Shown here: positions 12,686 through 23,827 of the stretch, in pieces
How the letters are laid out: every line of letters begins with the position of its first letter
How positions within the stretch are numbered: position 1 is the stretch's first letter
Assembly (NCBI GenBank): GCA_010909165.1
Contig: MU008154.1
Location: forward strand, 1-64,000
Direction of reading: 5' to 3'
DNA length: 64,000 bases
Source: Anthoceros angustus
Lineage: Eukaryota > Plantae > Anthocerotophyta
The notes under the pieces: generated by a model
What the model saw: the letters and a program-made list of their open reading frames with translations, nothing else
The model's database searches: none
What the model was told of the DNA's origin: nothing
Translations under genes and position numbers: made by a program

Positions 12686-13557
12686 CTACTGCCTTCTCCC
12701 TAATTTCCACGGTTGAGATGGGCAGATGGCACCAACTTCGCATCAACCCCGTCAAATTTGGTAAGCGGAAATCGCGACTCAGCCGCGGCTACGAGTGTTG
12801 CCGGAATAGACAACACGTAAATGGTACGCTTTGGCGCATCGAATGCTGGAGGCCTGAGGGCGGCCCATCTCGGGCCGAATCCGCGTCGTGCAGCAGGTGC
12901 GATTGGCCCCACAGACGCTGCACCTGCGCTTGGCTTTTCATCCAAGGGACGGCAACGCCGAAGTGGAAGACGTCACCTCTCCGTCACCCTGGGTTCTGGA
13001 CGATCCACCGTTTATCTCAAACCATGAAATAAATAATCCTGATTCCTCACACCGACTTCCCTCGGGTGGGGCCATCATCTGCCGCTTGTACACATCCTAC
13101 ACTGTACACATCCTATAGTACGAGGAGGAAGGCTTCTTGCAGCTCCGATTTTAACAGCAAGTGGACCATATATGTATACAGTCTACAGATTAGATTTAGA
13201 TTTGCATCTACAGAAGCAGGGCAGATTCCTGCTTCCTGCTTCCTGCTGGCTTGTTGGGCTTCAATCCTGATCTTGACTGCAACCCAATTGCGGGTCCACC
13301 TGCAGCCTGCTTCGCAGACGTATGTACTATGTAAGATTACGGTCCGAGAGGATAAAGTCCTGTATCTGTCATGGATTCGAGGCGTGTGTATGTGTCATAC
13401 CGAGGCAAGCCCGCATGGGATATACCGGAGTATCCTCCTTGTCGTTGAGGTGGAGCCTGCAAAAACCCAGGAGTGTCGTTCAGAGTGGGAGGCTGAAAGT
13501 AATGGGCAAAGACGGATTTTGGATGGCAAGATCCTGTGGCGTACTTTTAAGAGTACT

Positions 13558-15315
13558 TCAGAGGTGAGACAGCTCTGGTACATTTGGTGGTGGTGGGAGG
13601 AGACCTTCTCTGGTGGCCATCTCATATAGTGCGATGGCAGACAAAGCTTTGGAGTCTGCAGACAAACGCCATAGTTTGGAATAGGGCACGATATGCACCT
13701 TGATTAACTCACCGTGATCCCTCAGGCCTGTCTGCTGACCCTGTAAGGAGTCTAGGACCTGCAGATTTTAGTGTGCGTGATTATATGAGGGATAGAGCGA
13801 AGTTGATATCCGAACTTGATTCGCCAACACCCACCAACTTCCAGCATCCACAAACCCAAACCTTCCGGCATCCACAAACCCAAACTTTCAAGCATCCACA
13901 AACCCAAAGTTTCCAGCATCCACAAACCCAAAGCTTCCAGCATCCACAAACACAAACCTTCCCAGCATCTCAAACCTTCGAGAGTCCACAAACCTTTTTG
14001 CTGACGGTTCCCCTATACAACATGAGAGTTATATCTTCGTCACTGCCACCCTGGTTCAGATTTCAAGATTATAAAAAGTGTGGTCATAATTTAGATTCCA
14101 ACATAGATGAAGTGTCGTCAAAATTGAAGGTCAGAGCCTCATAAGGGGGTTGGGTGCTAAAACAAAGACGAGCTCTTACAGGTGATGGGAACATCTTCCG
14201 GCCAGTTGACTCCTCCAAGTAGTCGGTGAGGTTAACGAGGTCTGAAGTTTTGATGTGTATTCCGGTTTCCTCTTCCACCTAGTTGTTAGCGAGCAGTAGG
14301 TCGGAGACAGAAAATTACCCTTCAGCACCGACCTCCATAACAATTATGGAACTCCTTGTGCGCGAAAACGTCCAAGGCATGGACACAGAGAGAGTGAACG
14401 GGAGTCAGCCCACCTCACGAGCAGCTGTTCCCACAAAGTCTCCCTGATCATCGTCCAACATGCCCGCAGGCAGCTCCAAGATTGTGCGCCCAACAGGAAC
14501 TCGAGCCTAAGACACATGCACATCAACCACTTGGTGCAAGCAAAGTGCTGCACCCTGTCATGCAGTTCCCACATTCAAATAATGCTATGATAAAGACATA
14601 CCTACCTGCTCGGTAAGGACAACAAACGTCTCTTCTTCACACGTCAGGAGCATAAGAATGCCTACCGCACCCCCCCTGGCAAAGACTATACCTGGCAGCT
14701 GCACCACAGGAAGAGTTGTCAGCTACAAGTATGTGCTTCCAGTTGTTTTAAGAACTTGCCAACACCACCACGGCAACAGAAACCATGACCTTCACTCCTG
14801 TTGAGTCATCAACCACCTCTGCCTTGAACTTGACAAAGCCAACCCGTGGTCCAAACATGTCAACACTCTGTTGTGCAGCGAGAGGTGCCCAACGTCAGGT
14901 AGAGATGAGGTCAGGTGAATGATAACCCACAACCCACACCTAAAAGCTCAAACTGCACTCCTAACCTGTATGACGACCTCCCTAAGAGAGCAACGGTTGC
15001 CAACACCTCCTTCCAGATTTAAAATCCCAGCTGGCCCTTTCAGATATTCCAACCACTTCTGGAACGGACTTGAAGACACTGCTCTTCTGATACCCAGAAA
15101 ATGTACCCAACATGAAGCAAGCACTCAGCTCCCTTTCTTCTGCTACATGCAAAGGGTAATAGTTGACATCCAAGAAACCACCTCAACTCATCGTCAGAGA
15201 CAGGAGCAGCAGCCCTGATTTGAACATGGCTCCCTGCCACCTCTATCGAAAGAGGACTTCTGGAAACTGAGCCAGTATCGGTTGCCTCCCGAGAACGAGA
15301 ATCCTGCGAGGCCAT
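13558..15315 (-). CDS. NUDT14: Nudix hydrolase 14-like ADP-sugar pyrophosphatase, multi-exon; the 5' end (possible transit-peptide exon) is uncertain
   Basis: Spliced peptides SVDMFGPRVGFVKFKA, VPGIVFARGGAVGILMLL, ARVPVGRTILELPAGMLDDDQGDFVGTAARE|VEEETG (Nudix box), GGSDEDITLMLYRG and GLRDHGELIKVHIVPYSKLW. Stop at 13558-13560. Start given at MASQ; the frame stays open further upstream. Confidence 0.9.
13839..13994. repeat. 24-bp minisatellite (5 full and 2 shortened units) at the 5' end of the last NUDT14 intron
   Basis: Unit TTCCAGCATCCACAAACCCAAANN from 13839 to 13958, then two 18-19 bp units abutting the splice donor at 13993. Confidence 0.9.
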
Positions 15316-16049
15316 TCGCACCGCATATGGTGTTCTGGACAGGAACTTTCGTGGGACATAGGTAAACACGTTGGGGACTGCTGAGCACACGCCAACCTCA
15401 CGGAAGAACAACGTCCCCCTTAAATTCAACGTAACATGCCCGAAACAGGGAAGTCAGCTTGGAGGCCAATTCAATTCGCAAAACTTAAAGCAGCAACTAT
15501 GTACCTATATTGCAACCTACTGCTGTGCATCCGCTCCCCCGCGTAGGTATGTGCAAGGCACGAAGCTGCGCTCTGATCAACCCCAGAAGGCCGTCAGTGT
15601 AAGCCCTTTCCCGACGATTTATGATTTATTGTTGTTTTTTTTGACATCTAACTAAATACGGCAAAATCCGATGTCCAAGTTCTCATCATAGACAATTATT
15701 AGCACTCTACCGATACACGTGCTGACATTTGCAATTTCGAAAGCCGCTCACCATGGCAAGGTGGACGAGGGGTCAGTATGTTCCATAGCACATAATGTTG
15801 AGCAAACTTTATGATTCCCTTGCCTAGTACCAATGGCTGAGTCGAGAAGGGTGACCCCTTCAAGGAGTGACCATATTGATAACAGATCAGACCGAGAGTT
15901 ACAGGACAAACCTCTTCCAAGGAGGACTACATTAATTGAACATATTAGTTTAGACGGAGAGTCATTAAACAAACAAATAACAGGAATTAGATTTGCCAGT
16001 TGGTCATCAGCATCCTTGAATTTGTTGAAAATGGAAGCCCTCATACGTG

Positions 16050-16363
16050 AATTAGAAGGCCCACATATGTCAGTGTGGATGAGCTCGAGAACTTCAGAAG
16101 CCCTGTGAGGAGCTTTGTTCTTGAAAGCTGCTTGATGACGTTTGGACAGCACACAGGCTTCACAAAGAGATAAGGGTGGCAAACTGCCAATTTTCCCATC
16201 TCCATACAGGTCACTAGCTGCTAGCTTCTGTAACTTAGCACTGTAAGGGTGACCTAAGCGTGCATGCCATAACCTAGACTTCTCTTCCTGCTTTGCAATT
16301 GTCTCTGGAGACTTAGAAGCTAAATGTGTTCTGGCATTGCTGCTGGGTAAAAGCACGCTATGG
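16050..16363 (-). mobile_element. Ty1/Copia pol fragment (GAG-pre-integrase and start of integrase); downstream part of the split element
   Basis: RLWHARLGHP...LCEACVLSKRHQAAF...RASEVLELIHTDICGP (HHCC zinc finger plus the first catalytic Asp). It continues the protease region that ends at about 36650. The rest of pol and the 3' LTR are missing. Confidence 0.9.
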
Positions 16364-16530
16364 TATACCACAATGTGTGATCAAAAAATAAGTAACCCAT
16401 CCAACACTCGAGTCACGGGATCGAGAAGTTAAGTAATCTTTTTCGCATTCCCTTGTGGTTTGGATCACTTTCTTTATTCAAATATGTACATACGATGTCG
16501 CACGGCATGAAGATGACTAATAGCGTGCGT

Positions 16531-16700
16531 CTTCACGCCCGGCGAGTAAGGTAAGCTGCGACTCCCGTCCTTCCGATTCGCCCGAGACACTTGCAGATTT
16601 TGGGCGCCGCCCGCCTTCACGCCCGGCGAGTAAGGTAAGCTGCGACTCCCGTCCTTCCGATTCGCCCGAGACACTTCGCTGATTTTGAAGCGCCGCCCGC
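16531..16700. repeat. 84-bp tandem duplication near the left end of the insertion
   Basis: CTTCACGCCCGGCGAGTAAGGTAAGCTGCGACTCCCGTCCTTCCGATTCGCCCGAGACACTT is identical at 16531 and 16615. Confidence 0.9.
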
Positions 16701-16830
16701 TCATAATGCGCCGCCGCTTGAGCAGCAAAGGAGGAAGCGGAGCAAGACAAGCAAGGTGTGTTTTGGGCTTCTTCGCAAGCCATGCCTCTGTGGCCTAAGT
16801 AAGCGCTTTGTAGGAAGCGGCTCACCGGCG

Positions 16831-19800
16831 ATGTTGAAGGCGGGAACACCTCCCAAGAATTGGGCTCTTGCTCGGATGCAAGAGGGAGCAGTAGAGGAGC
16901 CTCGATACCAATGTCGAGTTGAGTTTCGCTCGAATCGGTTTCTAGAGTGTAAGCGAGGTTGCGATGGCATGCATTTTTGTGTAGCCCCTAGTGTGTTTGC
17001 TTGACACTTTTGTTGTGGCATGAGCGCATAGCGGAGGGTTGTTGTGGTGTGGCGGCTGTGCTTGTTTGCATGTTTGTTGTGGCATGAGCGCATATAGAGG
17101 GTTGTTGTGAGGGTTTTGTGTGGTGACGGCATGTAACTAGGCCGAGCAATTGGCAAGCTCGCGTGCTCGACTGGCCTCGACGCAGGTCCATGGACGCCGC
17201 GTCGAGAGCGATCGAGCAAGCGTGAATCGCCTTGCGTGCTCGCGATCGGCGCACTTGCACGTGGCCGAGCTACTCACCTTGCTCAAGACTTGCACTTAAA
17301 GGGATGACTTGTGTTTGAGACTACATGTATGTCATGTACAGAGGCTGACTACTTGTGTGTGCAGTGCGCGACTAAGTGTGTGGCTATGTCTGTTGGGTAT
17401 GTATATTGGGTGGGATGTCTGTGTGGTGCGTTTCCAGTAGGCAACGGGTGGAATCCTCAATCCACGAAACCGAGAGCGAGGAGTCTGGTGAGAGTGCCAC
17501 CAGTGGTGAGGTTGAAGAGTCTCAACCTAGCAAGGCACAACGTGGGAGATCTAATAGTAGGAGTGCGCAAAGAAGCAAGAAGGGAGCGGCGAGCTGCTAA
17601 GCGAGGAGGAGTAATAGATGCCATCTGGGGATCTCCCAAAAGGCCTCTAACTACAGTCGTGGCGGATGGCGATGCCACTAGTCAAGGGTGCAATGTTCGA
17701 GACCTGTCTGTCGTAGGGGCCTTGCGAGATCGAGTTGGAGGGGCTGACGCAATCCGGTCTTGGTTTGGAGCTCCATGTGCGAACGAGGGCTACAAGTGGA
17801 AGCAAACGGACAGGTTGACCAATGAAGAGTGGAGGAAGGTGGACGACCTCGTCTACCATATATATGGGGTGAGGCCCTCCATAGATGGCAAAAGGATCCC
17901 TCGCCTTATGTGCCTTGGTATTGTAATGGAGAAGGTGGAGGCGTTATGGTAGAGGAACAAGTACAAGATGGCGGTAAGAAGGCATTGAGAAGCACGCCAA
18001 GACACGGAGGAGAAAAGGTGGAGAAGGTGAAGGCATGGATTGCTTGGAGATGGAGTCACAGCGATCTCGTGGTACATGAGGGCACAGCCCGAGCAGGGCA
18101 TGGTAAGTACTTACATCTCATTTTTGTTGTAGTGGACAAGAGTGGTGTAGTGGCCGCAGTTGCCTTTATGCTTGTGAGATTTGATTTCTAGAGTGCACCT
18201 TTGGGTACAATCATGTCATTCGATCCGCCCACGAACAAGTTCGTGGCTCGTCCGTTCGTCACTCACCATGTAACAGGTGTCACTTGGCATGCCTTTATGA
18301 TAGCTTGATGTGCACCACCCAAGTTCGACGCCTAGCATGCTAGGGTATTACACATGGCACATGGCATCCCCTGCGGCACATGGCGGCATGAGGTGTGGTG
18401 TCCTCTGACTATGCTAGGTGGTGTGAGCATTGTGTCACCCCTAATGACCCCGTGTTGTGTGTGTGACAGGAACCTCAACTCGGACGGAGCGCAAGAGCTC
18501 TGGAGCACCTCGCCGTGGAGCGGAGGACGCGAATCGCAATTGCTTTGGGTGGGACACATGCGCCAATGCCAAAGCGCAAAAGCCCTCCTAATTGAGGAGA
18601 AGCAACGGCTTGGGAAGTGGCGTTCGATATTCGAAAAGTTTACGAGATGGAAGAGGCGCATCAAGTTATACAAGATGCATGGAGGATACACGATCTTCCC
18701 GAGCACGTGCAGGAATCACCTAGGGCAACAACTTCAAGAGTGTATGGTCTAGAGAAGGAGCATTGCGGAAGGTGGAGGAGCTAGCCGAGAGGCGGCATCA
18801 AGACATACGAGCAAGATAGGCAATCGGCAAGGTTCAACGCACCGGAGTGCACTTCAACGACTAAGTGTGGTGGGACGGAGGGTCGGGGCAGGCGGATGGG
18901 CTCCGGCACCTTGGAGGCGGAGTGCCCTAACCATCCCGTTAATGCTCCAATTTGCTCAAGGTAGTCTATAATCATTTTTCTTTAAAGATGCCTATCACTT
19001 TCTGCAGAACAAGGCTAACGGCTTTTGTCCCTATATTGCGAGATACTTTGGCTTCGTGAACAAGTGTTGTTGTCTTGTGGGCACATGTACCACGAGCCGT
19101 GCTTGTGGCGGCATTTGCGAAAACAAACACTTGTGCCCTCAAGACTGTGTGCTCGAAGTTGACCCCGATGGCTAAAAGCCAAAGGTTGGACAACGCCAAA
19201 CTCAAGTGAGAATGAAGGGTGGCAAAGGCGGTTAAGGAATGGGAGTCGATTTCTTCAATCTAGTGAAAGATCGACCGATTCCTCACGCGTTGGATAAAGT
19301 TCAGCGTCGTGTTCGCCAAGACATCTGCCAGCATCTCCGGTACCTATGTTTCGACTTCATCGGATTTCGCCATTCGAGGTGCATTATGACCATGATTTGA
19401 CATGATCGTGGCTTTGTGTTGTCTCCTTTGCGGCTACTCGAAGCTCCCTTCTAAGTAGTGGGTCTCGTGTTCTCGGGAACACGGAGTTTATTTAACATGA
19501 CTCCTTCTCGGGCAAGGATCGTTGGGATCCATTGCGGTGTACCAGCGAGAGGCGGGGGTTAGGGTTGCTACCCTTCCGTGAGGAAGCCAGGAGACCGTGC
19601 ATGTGGAGAGACGCCACAAGTGGTGGAGCGCTTGACACGGATCTGATGAGTCGATTGTTGACAGACGCTCCCTTGCCTCGGACGTTATGGAGGCTATGGA
19701 AGCACTAGAGGCGATGCCATGGAAGAACGACAAGTGCCGTGGAATGTGTGGAGACTATGCTGTGGAAGTCACGCAAGCCCCTCTTTGGAGCATATGTCGC

Positions 19801-20720
19801 TTGTTGAGAAGATTGCACTTGTTGAGGTGCAGCTTCCCTAGTGTGGTCAACATGCCACCACGGTGCTCCTTTGGTGCCTCCCAGGGTATTAGGGTAGTGG
19901 ATAATGTGACCACTAGATGTGGGGTTGGTGCGGATCAAGTGGCACTAGATGTGGGGTTGGTGCGGATCAAGTGGCACCACTAGATGTGGAGTCAAGGCTG
20001 GGTTGGTGTCCGATCGTTGCACTAGATGTGGAGTCACCGGAGTTGGTGTCGTTTCAAGTGGCACTGTGGCGGATCTGTACTTGAGGTGGCAAAGGGACAC
20101 TAGAAATAGACACGGCGGATCCGGAGCCATCACAAAGAAGGAGAAGAGTAATCAAGTGACTCGCAGCCAGACCCTTGCAGTCACTCCACTGGTCAGCTCA
20201 CTCACTGCTTGGCCACCGTGAGCGGAGAGGAGGACGAACAAGGGGATCCAAGCGGAGGGCATGATTAAAACAACTAAGCCAAACGGCCAACCCGATAAGG
20301 TGGTAGCGAACTGTGGACCCAAGTGTGCGGGAATTGGAGCCGGGGACAACTACATGGTGGCAGCTGAGGCTGAAAATGATGAAAAAGTTGACTTCTATGT
20401 CCTGAAGTGCGTCAGGGGAGTTCACAAGCTAGCTGCCTACATCGAGAGGGACGTGTGGAATAGTGACCCTCTTCCCAAGGGCACTGAGGCTGTCGAAGGC
20501 AACTACTACCGGCAAGTGGAGCCGGGTATATATGAGCTTTTGAACAGGGGAAAACAGGGGCACCAGTTGTCTTGCGTGCAAGCTTGGTGAAAGCGACGAA
20601 GTTCCTCCTCGAGGAACAAGAGAAGATGGAGCCCAATAACAAGAACGAGGTGCCATTGTTCTGGATGGATCCAGCAACAACGGCAATGTTAAAGGCTGCT
20701 TGTACAAATCGGCCTAAGTA
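16831..20720 (+). pseudogene. Frameshifted, probably spliced accessory gene(s) of the insertion, function unknown
   Basis: Protein-like segments at 17440-17950 (WFGAPCANEGYKWKQ...VDDLVYHIYGVRP...LMCLGIVMEKVE) and 20261-20590 (GDNYMVAAEAENDEKVDFYVLKC...EGNYYRQ). Donor-like GTAAG at about 16969 and 18103. Confidence 0.4.
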
Positions 20721-23377
20721 GAGTCGTGTTGTAGATCATGCTACATTACGTTGGTCATAGCAGCTCACAAACATTGAATCAATGCAGGTAGTTCTATGTT
20801 TTTGATTGGATCGAAGAAATTAGATCCAAGTCCAAGTGACACACTTTTTGAGTCCTTAGGCAACTAGTGTTGCGGAACTTGCGGAGATTGTCGAAATATA
20901 ATGTAAAATTGCCACCATTGCTCGCGGGGTTTCGGCTATGTCACAACGCTCCTCTCGGATAGATTGAAAACATAGATACATGTAGAGACCCGAAGTTGTG
21001 CGATTACATGCGCAAATGCGGTACCACACATGGGCAAGCTACCATCACGAACTTGAGACTCAACCCTCACGAGTCACATGCGGAATGGCCCCCATCGAAC
21101 GTGGATTTGGAGGTGTCCGCGCTTGTAAGGTGTTCCGCCGAGGAGTCACATCGGGTCATCCTCCTCGTCCGAATCGGTGATTACCGCTCATGCGCCGCAG
21201 TCGCTGAAGACGCAAGTCCTCGCTGCCGACCTTGCCGGATCATCGCTAATCGCACCTCGACCGCAATGCGCCCGGCGCTATTTGCTCGAAGTTGACCCCG
21301 ATGGCTAAAGCCAAAGGTTGGACAATCAAACTCAAGTGAGAATGAAGGGAGTGGTTAAGGAATGGGAGTCGATTTCTTCAATCTAGTGAAAGATCGACCG
21401 ATTCCTCACGCGTTGGATAAAGTTCAGCGTCGTGTTCGCCAAGACATCCCCATGCATCTCCGGTACCTATGTTTGACTTCTGGATTTCCATTCGAGGGTA
21501 TTATGCGATTTGACATGATCGTGGCTTTGTGTTGTCTCCTTTGCGGCATGCTACGAGCTCCTTCTAAGTAGTGGGTCTCGGCGTGTTCTGTGCATACAGA
21601 GTTTATTTAACATGACTCCTTCGCGGGCAAGGATCGTTGGGATCCATTGCGGTGTACCGACGGAGGAGGGGGTTAGGGTTGCTACCTTCGTGAGGAAGCC
21701 GGAGAGCGTGCATGTGGAGGCACAAGTGGGGAGCGGCTTGACACGGATGCATGATGAGTCGAGATTGTTCTTGACAGCCAGACGGCTCCCCGACGTTATG
21801 GAGGCTATGGAAGCACTAGAGGCGATGCCATGGAAGAACAAGTGCGCCTGTGGAATGTGTGGAGACTATGCCATCCGAGCCCCTTGCCCCTCTTTGGAGC
21901 ATATGTCGCTTGTTGAGAAGATTGCACTTGTTGAGGTGCAGCTTCCCTAGTGTGGTCAACATGCCACCACGGTGCTCCTTTGGTGCCTCCCGAGCTGGGT
22001 ATTAGGGTAGTGGATAATGAGACACCACGAGATGTGGGGTTGGTGCTGCGGATCAAGTGGCACCACTAGATGTGGGAACCGGTCAGTCGACCACTAGATG
22101 TGGAGTCAAGGCGGAGTTGGTGTCCGTCAGTGGTGCACTAGATGTGGAGTCAAGGCTGGAGTTGGTGTCGTTTCAAGTGGCACTGGCGGATCTGCACTTG
22201 AGGTGGCAAAGGGACACTAGAAATAGACTCGGCGGATCCGGAGCCATCACAAAGAAGGAGAAGAGTAATCAAGTGACTCCGGTCGATCGTCGGCACCCTT
22301 GCAGTCACTCCGGCCTCATACCACTGCGTCGGTCACCTGGCGGAGAGGGAGGACGAACAAGGGGATCCAAGGAGGGCGATTAAAACAACTAAGCCAAACG
22401 GCCAACCCGACGGAAGGTGGTAACTGTGGACCCAAGTGTGCGGGAATTGGAGCCGGGGACAACTACATGGTGGCGGTGAGGCTGAAAATGATGAAAAGTT
22501 GACTTCTATGTCGAAGTGCGTCGAGTTCACAAGCTAGCTGCCTACATCGAGAGGGACGTGTGGAATAGTGACCCTCTTCCAAGAACCCGAGGCAACTACT
22601 ACGGTGGAGCCGGGTATATATGAGCTTTTGAGCAGGCAGGGGCACCAGTTGTCTTGCGTGCAAGCTTGGTGAAAGCGACGAAGTTCCTCCTCGAGGAACA
22701 AGAGAAGATGGAGCCCAATAACAAGAACGAGGTGCCATTGTTCTGGATGGATCCAGCAACTACGGCAATGTTAAAGGCTGCTTGTACAAATCGGCCTAAG
22801 TAGAGTCGTGTTGTAGATCACGCTACATTTTGTTGGTCATAGCTACTCACAAACATTGAATCAATGCAGGGTACCTCTCTGTTTTTGATTGGATCGAAGA
22901 AATTAGATCCAAGTCCAAGTGACACACTTTTTGAGTCCTTAGGCAACTAGTGTTGCGGAACTTGCGGAGATTGTCGAAATATAATGTAAAATTGCCACCA
23001 TTGCTCGCGGGGTTTCGGCTATGTCACAACGCTCCTCTCGGATAGATTGAAAACATAGATACATGTAGAGACCCGGTGAAGTTGTGCGATTACATGCGCA
23101 AATGCGGTACCACACATGGGCAAGCTACCATCACGAACTTGAGACTCAACCCTCACGAGTCACATGCGGAATGGCCCCCATCGAACGTGGATTTGGAGGT
23201 GTCCGCGCTTGTAAGGTGTTCCGCCGAGGAGTCACATCGGGTCATCCTCCTCGTCCGAATCGGTGATTACCGCTCATGCGCCGCAGTCGCTGAAGACGCA
23301 AGTCCTCGCTGCCGACCTTGCCGGATCATCGCTAATCGCACCTCGACCGCAATGCGCCCGGCGCTATTTGCTCGAAG
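19150..23377. repeat. About 2.1-kb tandem duplication with indel-rich copies (possible assembly artefact)
   Basis: Copy 1 19150-21282, copy 2 21283-23377. TGCTCGAAG at 19150, 21283 and 23369 marks the junctions. Confidence 0.9.
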
Positions 23378-23827
23378 CCCCTGCAGCACTAGAGGATCGA
23401 CACGAGGGGGGCACCGGGCCATCACACCTGCCATTGCTGCAACTCTCGGGCCCCCTCTGTCTCCGCCTGCCCTCTCGTCGCCAGCCACTACGGCCATTGT
23501 GGCTCTTCACACAGCCAACGGGACTAAAGACGGGTCTTCTTGAGAGGGGAAGCCCTGTAAGCAGTTAATTTCCAAATGGTCCCCTTTTACTGAGACATGG
23601 CGGTGAAGTCAAAAGTTCACAAGTGCCTTCGTGTGCAACAACACTGCGGTGTGTCCCACATGCGCACTAGACATGGCAAGTGGTGCACCCATTTTGTGGC
23701 CCATGCAACCGGGAGTGCCATCAACACCACATCGGCCATGAAAATTGGCGTCAAGCCTCAAGTGTGCCGAACAATTTAGCCCTAATCAAAGCAGTGGGTC
23801 TTCCCTCGGCCCTTCCTAACAAGGACC

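Noticed and set aside
10180-12755. Arg-rich, protamine-like ORFs (e.g. RTCMRSRIRRWRCR) over the MT loci
   Set aside because: They are antisense or alternative-frame shadows of the Cys-rich metallothionein exons, which have a complete splice-supported model.
13752-14144. ORFs with (FQHPQTQS)n or (LGLWMLE)n repeats
   Set aside because: Translation of the 24-bp intronic minisatellite of NUDT14.
19911-20060. CRISPR-like spaced repeats CACTAGATGTGG
   Set aside because: The repeat is only 12 nt, the intervening sequences resemble each other, there are no cas genes and the context is eukaryotic. It is a degenerate minisatellite.
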